Source: Caldilineales bacterium (lineage in GTDB: Bacteria > Chloroflexota > Anaerolineae > JAAEKA01). From it: a stretch of 64,000 nt of DNA. The translations under genes were made by a program, and so were the position numbers. Of the stretch, positions 44,991 through 53,285 are shown in pieces. Location of the stretch: the NCBI GenBank assembly GCA_041391245.1, contig JAWKOJ010000004.1, forward strand, positions 691 to 64,690, read 5' to 3'. The notes beneath the pieces are model-generated. The model was not told the origin of the DNA. It searched no databases and was given only the letters and a program-made list of their open reading frames with translations. The stretch's first letter is position 1; each line of letters starts with the position of its first letter.

Positions 44991-45731
44991 ATGAAAGCGT
45001 TGGTTTTGGCAGGCGGACGCGGGTCACGGCTCGAAGGGGTCACGGACGACAAGAACAAATGCATGCACGAGTTCCGCGGCCAGCCGCTGATCGAGTACAG
45101 CCTGCAGAATGCCGTTCGAGCCGGAGTGAGCGAGATCATCATCGTGGTCAGCTATCGCGCCGAGTCGATCATCAACCATTTCGGCAACTGCTATGGCGAC
45201 ACGCCCGTCAAGTATGTGATTCAATGGGAGCGCAAAGGGCTGGTGCATGCTATCGAGTGCTGCCAGGACGCGATCGGCGGCTCTGACTTCATGATCTTCC
45301 TGGCCGATGAGATCCTGTTCGAGCCGCGCCACGAGGCCTTGATGGAGCGCTTCCGCGCTCAGGATGTCTTCGCGATCTGCGGTGTCGTGCAGGTAGCGGA
45401 CCTGTCGCAGATCAGCAAGACCTACGCCATCATCTACAGCGACACCGACAACCGCATCTTCCGGTTGATCGAGAAGCCCCGGAATCCCATTAACGCTCTG
45501 ATGGGCACCGGCAACTGTGTGTTCAGAAACGAGATCTTTGACTATATTCAGTACACTCCCATCAATCAGAAGCGCGGCGAGAAAGAGCTGCCCGACCTGA
45601 TCCAGTGTGCGGTCGATGATGGTCGCCTGGTGAAGTACTTCGACATCGGCGGCACCTACATCAACATCAACACGGGCGATGATCTCCAGCGGCTAGAAAG
45701 CTACGAAAACGGCCGCGGGCCGGCCGGCTAG
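44991..45731 (+). CDS. Sugar-phosphate nucleotidyltransferase
   Basis: Start at 'MKALVLAGGRGSRL' (ATG 44991, GGAG upstream), the GGxGxRL signature of the NTP-transferase fold. The ORF-track start at 44949 is rejected. Confidence 0.8.
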   Translation: MKALVLAGGRGSRLEGVTDDKNKCMHEFRGQPLIEYSLQNAVRAGVSEIIIVVSYRAESIINHFGNCYGDTPVKYVIQWERKGLVHAIECCQDAIGGSDFMIFLADEILFEPRHEALMERFRAQDVFAICGVVQVADLSQISKTYAIIYSDTDNRIFRLIEKPRNPINALMGTGNCVFRNEIFDYIQYTPINQKRGEKELPDLIQCAVDDGRLVKYFDIGGTYININTGDDLQRLESYENGRGPAG

Positions 45732-45748
45732 CTGGCTGGTGAGTTGGT

Positions 45749-47452
45749 ATGTGTCGCCATACGATTTGGATGTTGCGCACCGCCGCTCTCGCTATGCTGA
45801 TCGCGGTCACGGCGGTGGTGTCTGCATGCGGCAGTCCGGTTTCGCCTGGCGACCCGGCACCGGTTACGGAGACAGTTGTGGTATCAGTGGATTCGGCTAT
45901 CGTTGAACGTTCTGTCACGCGGCAGCTCTTGGGTCAGGCTGTCTGGTATTCGTGGCAGGCTTATGCCTGGGATAGCTCGATGGGCGCTACCGTGCCTGCC
46001 TTTCTGGACCAATTTGCCGGCCTCGGAGCAGGCATTCTGGGCCACTATCCCGGCGTCGGCGTCATCACGCATGATTTTCACTGGAAGAACATGATTGGTC
46101 CCGTTGATCGGCGAACGGATCCAACACCGCGACAGTCGAGCTTCGATACGCCCCGCTTTCTGGAGTTCGGACCGGACGAGTACGGTCAGATGCTGGAGGA
46201 GTATCGCACCGCCACCGGACTGCCGGTCGATGGCTCGATACAGGTCAACATCGTCAACGGCACGGCGGAGGAAGCGGCCGACTGGGTCGAGTACATGAAC
46301 GCACCGAACGACGGTTCAAATCCGGGCGGCGGCACGGATTGGGCCAGGGTGCGGGCTCAGAACGGTCATCCGCAGCCCTACGGAATCCGTTACTGGGAAC
46401 TGGGCAACGAACCGAATTTCACGGCCTCAAACATCGGCAGCCTGACTGCCGAGGAGTATGTGAGTCGCATACAATCGTTCGTTCCGCGGATGAAACAGCG
46501 CGATCCGTCCATCCAGGTGATGGCCTTCGTCAATCCCTTTGAGATCGGCCAGGCTGCCAAGATAGGCACGGCAACCAGGGATATCGCGGCTGGTAACGGC
46601 TTGACCTGGAGCCAACTTGTGATCCGCGACGCAGGAGAGCTGCTCGACGGCCTGTATTTTCACTGGTACGGCGGCTGGAACGACCTCCGCACCAAATACG
46701 AGTTCCTGATGACCTCTATGAACACCGGGTTGGCCCCGCTGCTGGACCGCATTGCCGGTGATGTAGCCAGGTTCGCGCCCTCCGATGCGGCGCGCGCCCG
46801 GCTTGGCCGGATCATGATTACGGAGTGGAACCCGTACGGCGGCTGGGTCAGGCCGCTGGCAAAAGGCACGGCGCTGCAAGGCGCCATCGCGTATTCGCGT
46901 ACGTTGCACGAGATGGCATCGCGGGATGATGTGGTCGGCGCGATCCATGAGGGGCTCTTCGCGCCCTTCCCTGATCCTGCGATGAGGCCGCGGCTGGCCG
47001 ACATCCGCGAGGGCTATGTCCTCTTCCGGGGTCAGGCGGACCAATCTGCGGTGATGGGTACGGCCGCAGCGGCCGTCGCGCAGCTTTGGTCCGAGGCGTT
47101 TCAACCCAATGTCGTTCAGGTCAAGGCGCAGCCAGGGCCGATGTTCAGCAACGGTGTTCCGGCGCTGGATGTCACGGCGCTGCAGTCAGACGACGGCGCG
47201 GCCCTTAGCGTGATCGTAACCAACGCCGCGAGGTCGCCTGTGTCCTTGCAGGTCAATCTGAGCGGCCATGCTGGCGGCGCAGCCACGCTGCTGACCGTGT
47301 CCGGCAGCAGTCTTTCCGACAACAACTCCTGGAAGGAACCCAACAAGGTGGCGCTGAACCGCAGCACGCTTGCTATCAGTGATCCGGGGGCCATCACAAT
47401 GAACGTTCGCGGGTACTCGGTGCAGGCGTTGCTGATAGGAAGCGCGCGATGA
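45749..47452 (+). CDS. Clan GH-A glycoside hydrolase, probable lipoprotein
   Basis: 567 aa. Lipobox 'AVVSAC'. Acid/base-type 'IRYWELGNEPN' and nucleophile-type 'IMITEWN' motifs, the (beta/alpha)8 retaining glycosidase pattern (GH51/39/79-like). Confidence 0.65.
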   Translation: MCRHTIWMLRTAALAMLIAVTAVVSACGSPVSPGDPAPVTETVVVSVDSAIVERSVTRQLLGQAVWYSWQAYAWDSSMGATVPAFLDQFAGLGAGILGHYPGVGVITHDFHWKNMIGPVDRRTDPTPRQSSFDTPRFLEFGPDEYGQMLEEYRTATGLPVDGSIQVNIVNGTAEEAADWVEYMNAPNDGSNPGGGTDWARVRAQNGHPQPYGIRYWELGNEPNFTASNIGSLTAEEYVSRIQSFVPRMKQRDPSIQVMAFVNPFEIGQAAKIGTATRDIAAGNGLTWSQLVIRDAGELLDGLYFHWYGGWNDLRTKYEFLMTSMNTGLAPLLDRIAGDVARFAPSDAARARLGRIMITEWNPYGGWVRPLAKGTALQGAIAYSRTLHEMASRDDVVGAIHEGLFAPFPDPAMRPRLADIREGYVLFRGQADQSAVMGTAAAAVAQLWSEAFQPNVVQVKAQPGPMFSNGVPALDVTALQSDDGAALSVIVTNAARSPVSLQVNLSGHAGGAATLLTVSGSSLSDNNSWKEPNKVALNRSTLAISDPGAITMNVRGYSVQALLIGSAR

Positions 47453-48432
47453 GTGATTCGGTCACGCTGGACCGCAGCGATCGCGATACCCGGTACGACG
47501 ACCTGCTGGCCGATGTGGACTTCCGCCCCGTGTTCGTCATGGGCGACCATCGCAGCGGCACGACCATTCTGTACAAGATTCTGGGCGCGACCGGTTGTTT
47601 CAACATCGTCACCGTCTATCACATCGCCCGCTTCAATCGGCTGGTCTACGATCATGTGAACCGGTGCGGCGGTGAGTCCAGGGAGGAGTTGAACGACTAT
47701 CTGCGCGCACACGGTATGCAGGATCGGGTTTTCGACCGGATGACGGTAGACGCGGATACGCCGGAGGAATATGGCTTCATCCTGCGCAACGGCGGCGCGC
47801 GCCCGCAGTTGAAGCCGGACAACGTGGCTGACCTGGTGACCCTCTGCAAGAAGCTGCAGCTCACGTCGGGCAACACCATGCCCATCCTTCTCAAGAACCC
47901 GTGGGATTACTTTCGGAATTTTCTGTATGTCAAGCAGGTGTTTCCTGACAGCAAGTTTATCTTCATTCACCGCTACCCGCCGCCGGTGATCAACTCGCAG
48001 ATGACGACCATGCACTCACTGCTCAGCGCGAGAAACGAGTATGTTGCGCTGGTGGCCGATTGGTACGATGCGCTCTTCCGCCAGCCGGCACGCCTGGCGC
48101 TGACCCGCTTCATGTTCTCTTCGCACTTCGACCTCGGGCTGCGTTGGGCTGTGCGCCACGTGCAACGCGCGGTAGATTACTACCTGGAACATTCCCCCTA
48201 TCTTCCCGGCGAGGATTGTGTTACCATACGGTATGAAGACCTGTGCGCTGATCCTGGTGGAACGGTTGACGGCATCATGCAGGCGCTGGAACTGAACGGC
48301 TACGCGGACATCGACTACGCCCGCTATATCAAGGCGCGCGATGTGCCGCTGGCAGACTCGCTGGCGCGCCGCTGGCCCAAGATCAGCCGCTCGCTGAAAC
48401 CTTATCTGGACCGGTTTGGATATGAGGCATAG
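47449..48432 (+). CDS. PAPS-dependent sulfotransferase family protein
   Basis: 327 aa. 5'-PSB loop 'VMGDHRSGTTILYKIL'. Candidate 3'-PB 'IFIHRYPPPVINS'. ATGA overlap with the glycosidase gene. Confidence 0.7.
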   Translation: MSDSVTLDRSDRDTRYDDLLADVDFRPVFVMGDHRSGTTILYKILGATGCFNIVTVYHIARFNRLVYDHVNRCGGESREELNDYLRAHGMQDRVFDRMTVDADTPEEYGFILRNGGARPQLKPDNVADLVTLCKKLQLTSGNTMPILLKNPWDYFRNFLYVKQVFPDSKFIFIHRYPPPVINSQMTTMHSLLSARNEYVALVADWYDALFRQPARLALTRFMFSSHFDLGLRWAVRHVQRAVDYYLEHSPYLPGEDCVTIRYEDLCADPGGTVDGIMQALELNGYADIDYARYIKARDVPLADSLARRWPKISRSLKPYLDRFGYEA

Positions 48433-48442
48433 GAAGACCCCG

Positions 48443-50446
48443 ATGAAGGCGATGATCGTGCGAATCCTGCTGGCTCTGGCGGTACTTGCCGGTGTCGTTG
48501 GCGCACCTGCGCCTGCGCGGGCCGAGCAGTTTCGCCAGACGCTCCCGCCAGATCCGCAGCCATTGCCACGCACCGGCGATTGCGTCGTTGACAACATCTT
48601 CTACGGGACGGTGCCGCCCGGTGGGGACGACGCGCCCGTGCTGGTCTTCGTCCACGGTCTCTCCGGGCTGGCGCTGGACTGGTGGACCGACCAGACCTAT
48701 GCCGGGCTGAACGAGATGTACGCCCGGGCCTACAACGCCGGCTATCGGACCGCCTTCGTCAACCTCAACGTCGATGACAACACGCCGCCCAGTTGTGCCG
48801 TGGAGCGGCGGCCTGCCAACGACAACTATGTGAACGGTGCAGTGCTGGCGCAGCAACTGGACGCCATCACTGAGCACTACGCGGTCACCAAGGTCGATAT
48901 CATAGCTCACTCCAAGGGCGGCATCGACGCGCAGACAGCTATCGTCTGGTCGGGTGCGTACGACAAGGTGCGCAGTCTGTTCACCATGGGCACGCCTCAT
49001 CAGGGGTCGATTCTTGTTGACCAGCTTTGGAGCCCCGAGGGAACCTGGCTGGCCGGGCTGCTGGGGCAGCTTGACGATGCCACCTACTCCATGCAGACGC
49101 CCGTGATGCAGCAGTTCAGGTCTGTCACCGATCCGATGACGAACGACGACGGCGTGGACTACTACACCGGCGCGGGCAACTATTGGGACGTGCGTGGGCT
49201 GCCCATTCTGCGGCTGACCGGCAACTGGTTGCAGAACCACCCTGATGGCGGCGACAACGACGCGGTCGTCACTGTCAACAGCACCGACCTGCCGGGCGCA
49301 TCATCACTCTTCCTGGAGCCGTGGACCCACATCGAACTCTACATGGGCCAAAACTCCTTCGAGCGCATCAAGCCGTATCTGCCGGTGAACCTCAACGCGC
49401 CTGCTACGGTTGCGATCAACGGGCCGGCTATCGGCGTTGTCAACCGAGACTACACGTTCACGGCCACGACCACGCCTGGTTATGTCAGTGTGCCGCTGAC
49501 CTACACCTGGCAGGCTACCGATCTCGCCACGCTGGAGGTTGTTGGCGGGATCAGCGATGCCCGCACGCTCCGTTGGCAACGACCCGGACTGAAGGGAGTC
49601 AAGGTCACGGTTGCCAACCCTGCAGGCACTGTCTCGACCACCCAGTATCTGTATGTCTATCCGAACACGGGTCAGATCCGGGTCGTGCAACTGCCGCTGG
49701 TGCTTTATCAAGCGCCGCGCAGCGCCGCGCCTCGTGTGCCGTCGTCTACCGGCGATGCTGCCCCTCCCGTATCCGTTTCATCTGTTGATGGTCCGCCTGC
49801 TTCCGCCCTGCTGAGCCAGATCGCGCGCGGCGGTTTGCTGGGCGACTCTGCTGTCGAGACGATCCCCATCGAGCCGCAAGCTGCGGCCGCGAACGTCATG
49901 CTGCTGGCTTCCGATGAGACTGTAACGCCCAGCCTGCGTGCCCCTGACGGGACAGTCTATTCGCTGGAACCGGTGTCTACCGAAGGTGCGGTACTGTTCG
50001 AAGGCGCGGCTGCCTGGCAGGCTGATCTGCCGCATCCACAGCCGGGCAATTGGCAATTGCTGCTGGACGGTCCTGCCGGTGCAGCTTACTACGCCCTGGT
50101 AACGTTGGACAGCAGCCTGGACGTTGCACTGACAGGCTTTCCCGGCACGGCACTATCTGCCAACCAGTCGATTCGCCTGCATGCATCAGTGCAAGACGGC
50201 GATCAAGCTCGGGTCGATGCAGTGACGCTCACGACGACCGATGAAGGTCGCGGGATGGATGAGTCGCAGCGCAGCGTGGTGTCGGCAGCAGGCGCGACGC
50301 TGGATGTTCGGGCGAGTGGACTGAGCGGCGTACACGGCGCGACGGTTCGGATCGTCGGCGAGACGGCGGACGGATACGCGTTCGAGCGAACCTATTCCCG
50401 GTCGCTGATGGTTGCGGTTCCGGGAGAGCCTGCCAATGGGCCGTGA
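48443..50446 (+). CDS. Secreted lipase/esterase-like alpha/beta hydrolase with PKD-like insert (paralogue A)
   Basis: Signal peptide 'MKAMIVRILLALAVLAGVVGAPAPARA'. Contains 'PVLVFVHGLSGLALDWW' and nucleophile elbow 'IIAHSKGGIDAQ'. PKD-like segment 'INGPAIGVVNRDYTFTATTT..YTWQATD'. Confidence 0.65.
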   Translation: MKAMIVRILLALAVLAGVVGAPAPARAEQFRQTLPPDPQPLPRTGDCVVDNIFYGTVPPGGDDAPVLVFVHGLSGLALDWWTDQTYAGLNEMYARAYNAGYRTAFVNLNVDDNTPPSCAVERRPANDNYVNGAVLAQQLDAITEHYAVTKVDIIAHSKGGIDAQTAIVWSGAYDKVRSLFTMGTPHQGSILVDQLWSPEGTWLAGLLGQLDDATYSMQTPVMQQFRSVTDPMTNDDGVDYYTGAGNYWDVRGLPILRLTGNWLQNHPDGGDNDAVVTVNSTDLPGASSLFLEPWTHIELYMGQNSFERIKPYLPVNLNAPATVAINGPAIGVVNRDYTFTATTTPGYVSVPLTYTWQATDLATLEVVGGISDARTLRWQRPGLKGVKVTVANPAGTVSTTQYLYVYPNTGQIRVVQLPLVLYQAPRSAAPRVPSSTGDAAPPVSVSSVDGPPASALLSQIARGGLLGDSAVETIPIEPQAAAANVMLLASDETVTPSLRAPDGTVYSLEPVSTEGAVLFEGAAAWQADLPHPQPGNWQLLLDGPAGAAYYALVTLDSSLDVALTGFPGTALSANQSIRLHASVQDGDQARVDAVTLTTTDEGRGMDESQRSVVSAAGATLDVRASGLSGVHGATVRIVGETADGYAFERTYSRSLMVAVPGEPANGP

Positions 50447-51767
50447 GCGCGCCGTGACGAGCCGCCGCCAGTTCCTGAAGCTGGGCGCGGCCGGTCTGGT
50501 AGCTGCCGCGTTTCCATGGCCCCTTCAGGCCGCGTCCGGCTACCGGGTTGGGGTTGGCCGCAGCTCGGACCCGTACGCGGCCACCCTGCGGGCGATCAGC
50601 GCCAGCACGGAATGGCAGCCCGGGTTGGTTGCGGGCCGGACGGTGCTGATCAAGCCGAATCTGGTGGTGGTTGCCAGTCCCGACTCGGGCGCGGTCACCG
50701 ATCCACAGGTTGTGCGGGCCGTTGTCGATCTGGCGCTGGGCGCAGGCGCTGCGCAAGTCAAGATCGTCGAGGGCTATCCAGGTGGCTCTAGCTTCACTGC
50801 TTGCGGCTACGGCTTTCTGGACAACTACGGCGGCACGGGCCGCGTGTCGCTGGTCGATTTGGACAGCCAGCCGGCGCTGCTGGCTCCGGTAACAGGCGGT
50901 CTGGCGTACCGGCAGATTACCATGCCTGAGTTGACGCTGGCTCCAGACACCTACCTGATCAGCGTCGCGAAGCTGAAGACCCACAGTGAGGCGCTGGCGA
51001 CCCTGGCGACCAAGAACGTTTTTGGCCTGCCGCCTTTGGCCCCGTACAAGCCGCCCCAGGAAAACGGGCGTTTTGCCATGCACTATCGCGGCTTGCATCA
51101 GGCGACCGTGGACATCAACCTGACGCGACCCATCGATTTTGCCGTGGTCGATGGGATCTGGGGCATGGAAGGTTACGGGCCGTTCAGTGGCGCACCGGTG
51201 AGAATGAACATCGTCGTCGCGGGTCGTAACCCGGTGGCGGTCGACCGGGTTTGTCTGGAGGCGATGGAAGTCGCGCAGCCCCTGGTTCAACACCTGACCT
51301 ACGCAGCGCGTCTGGGGCTTGGCCCGGCCGACCTTGGCAGCGTGCAGGTTCGGGGCGATTCTCTCACAACACGCGCTTTCAGCCTGCCGCTGTTCCCGCC
51401 TCAGGTTGAGTATCCCAGGCTGGACAGGCCCGTTTTCTATCCGGCCGGCGGGCAGGAGACCACAGCCAGTTTCACCGTCAGCCGCCCGTGTGTCTATCGC
51501 GTTGCCGTGGTGCGCACGTCCGATACGGTGATGGATGTGGAACACGTTCGCCTGCTGCGCGGCTGGACGGGCACGCAAGCTGGCAGCATCGTTCTGTCGT
51601 GGGACGGGCGCGACGATCAGGGCGCGTTGGTTGCTCCCGGACTGTACACCGTGCGCGTCGAAGCTGATGGCGGCCAGCCGGCGCGTAACGCATTCGCTAC
51701 CGCACCAGTCGAGGTGGTGGCGCAGCCGATTGTCCGCCGCGTCTTCCTTCCTATGATCGCCCGTTAG
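50436..51767 (+). CDS. Tat-signal DUF362 domain protein with FlgD-Ig-like C-terminus
   Basis: Twin-arginine signal 'TSRRQFLKLGAAGLVAAA'. DUF362-type blocks 'VLIKPNLV', 'KLKTHSEALATLATKNVFG' and 'VVDGIWGMEGYGP'. C-terminus 'LSWDGRDDQGALVAPGLYTVRVEA'. The start could be 50412 or 50436. Confidence 0.65.
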   Translation: MGRERAVTSRRQFLKLGAAGLVAAAFPWPLQAASGYRVGVGRSSDPYAATLRAISASTEWQPGLVAGRTVLIKPNLVVVASPDSGAVTDPQVVRAVVDLALGAGAAQVKIVEGYPGGSSFTACGYGFLDNYGGTGRVSLVDLDSQPALLAPVTGGLAYRQITMPELTLAPDTYLISVAKLKTHSEALATLATKNVFGLPPLAPYKPPQENGRFAMHYRGLHQATVDINLTRPIDFAVVDGIWGMEGYGPFSGAPVRMNIVVAGRNPVAVDRVCLEAMEVAQPLVQHLTYAARLGLGPADLGSVQVRGDSLTTRAFSLPLFPPQVEYPRLDRPVFYPAGGQETTASFTVSRPCVYRVAVVRTSDTVMDVEHVRLLRGWTGTQAGSIVLSWDGRDDQGALVAPGLYTVRVEADGGQPARNAFATAPVEVVAQPIVRRVFLPMIAR

Positions 51768-51806
51768 GCCAACCGCGGGTTACAAGACCGACAGCAGGAG
51801 ATCCAG

Positions 51807-53285
51807 ATGACCACCGAATCCATTCCGGTCCCGTCAAATTTGGCGACGCCTACAGCATCATCCGCGAGCGCGCTGCGCTTGCACACCAAGGTGCTTTATG
51901 GCATCGGTGAGATCAGCAATTCGATCAAGTCCTATGCCTTTGGCCTGCTGCTCCTGTTCTTCTACACCTCAGTGTTGGGGCTGCCAGGCACGCTGGTCGG
52001 CGCTGCGACTGCCATCACGCTGGTGTGGGACTCGCTGATCGACCCGCTGATCGGTCACTGGTCGGACCGGGTTCACATTCGCTTCGGACGCCGCCACTCC
52101 TTCATGGTCGTGGGCGCGGTCAGTATGGGCCTGTTCTTCTTTCTGATCTTCAACCCGCCGGCCGGGCTGGCAGCCGGGGCACTGTTTGCATGGCTCATGG
52201 TGACCAACATCCTGCTGCGCACGTCCAACTCGGTCTACATGGTCCCCTACCATGCTCTGGGCGCGGAGTTGAGCGACGACTACAATGAGCGGACCTCCAT
52301 TACCGGTATCCGCGCGGCGCTCTCGCTTTTTGGAACGCTGCTTGTTGCCGGTCTGGTCTTTGTCGTCTTCTTTCCCAACGTGACTCCGGGCGTCGATCCC
52401 AAGTTCAACGTGGGCGGCTACTCGTCCATGGGCATGGCGCTGGGCATCGCTATCACGGTCCTCGGGTTGATCGCTGTGGCTGGCACACTTTCCCAGCGGT
52501 CACGGCTGGTTGAGCCATTAAAGTCGGACGACGACGAGACCGGCTTTTTTGGCGGACTGCTGTTGGCGCTGAAGGACCAGTCATTTCTTGTGCTTGTGAT
52601 CTCTTCGTCGATCTTCTTCCTGGCCAGTGTCATCAATGCGACCCTTGCGGTACACTATCTGACCTACTATGCACAGATCACCGACAGCCGCGCGCTGAGC
52701 CTGTTCACGCTGAGCTTCTACGTTGGAGCGCTGGTAGGCGCGTTTGTCTGGACGCGGGTGTCGAAGCGGGTCGAAAAGCAGCGGCTGTTCATCGTCAACA
52801 CCCTGATCCTGGCGGTGATCATGTCGGCTGCTTACTGGCTCGTGGGGCCGGGCCATCTGCTGGGCACGGGCAATGTGACGCCGCTGATCATTGGCAACAC
52901 GCTGGGCGGCTTCTTTGCGGCCGCGCTGTGGGTGGTTCCTGCGTCGATGGTGGCTGACGTGACCGACGAGGACGAGTTACGGACCGGCAAGAAACGCTCT
53001 GGCACCTTCTTCGGCATCAACTCCTTTTTCGTGCAGGAAGCGACGGCGATTGCGGTGCTTGTCACCGGCGTCTTGATCGACCACTTTGCCGGCCTGGTGC
53101 CCGGACAGGTGGCGCAATCGGGGCAGACCGTCGAGCGGCTGGCGATGTTGTTCGCCCTCCTGCCGGCCGCCCTGTACATCGTGGCGGCGCTTCTCATGTT
53201 TCGCTATCGTCTCACGCGCCAGCGCGTTGCCGAGATTCGTGTTCAACTGGAATCACTTCATAGTGGAGGAGAGACCCATGTCTAG
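51807..53285 (+). CDS. MFS transporter, glycoside-pentoside-hexuronide (GPH)-type symporter
   Basis: 492 aa with ~12 hydrophobic segments. GPH signature 'LVWDSLIDPLIGHWSDR'. AGGAG RBS. Confidence 0.75.
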   Translation: MTTESIPVPSNLATPTASSASALRLHTKVLYGIGEISNSIKSYAFGLLLLFFYTSVLGLPGTLVGAATAITLVWDSLIDPLIGHWSDRVHIRFGRRHSFMVVGAVSMGLFFFLIFNPPAGLAAGALFAWLMVTNILLRTSNSVYMVPYHALGAELSDDYNERTSITGIRAALSLFGTLLVAGLVFVVFFPNVTPGVDPKFNVGGYSSMGMALGIAITVLGLIAVAGTLSQRSRLVEPLKSDDDETGFFGGLLLALKDQSFLVLVISSSIFFLASVINATLAVHYLTYYAQITDSRALSLFTLSFYVGALVGAFVWTRVSKRVEKQRLFIVNTLILAVIMSAAYWLVGPGHLLGTGNVTPLIIGNTLGGFFAAALWVVPASMVADVTDEDELRTGKKRSGTFFGINSFFVQEATAIAVLVTGVLIDHFAGLVPGQVAQSGQTVERLAMLFALLPAALYIVAALLMFRYRLTRQRVAEIRVQLESLHSGGETHV

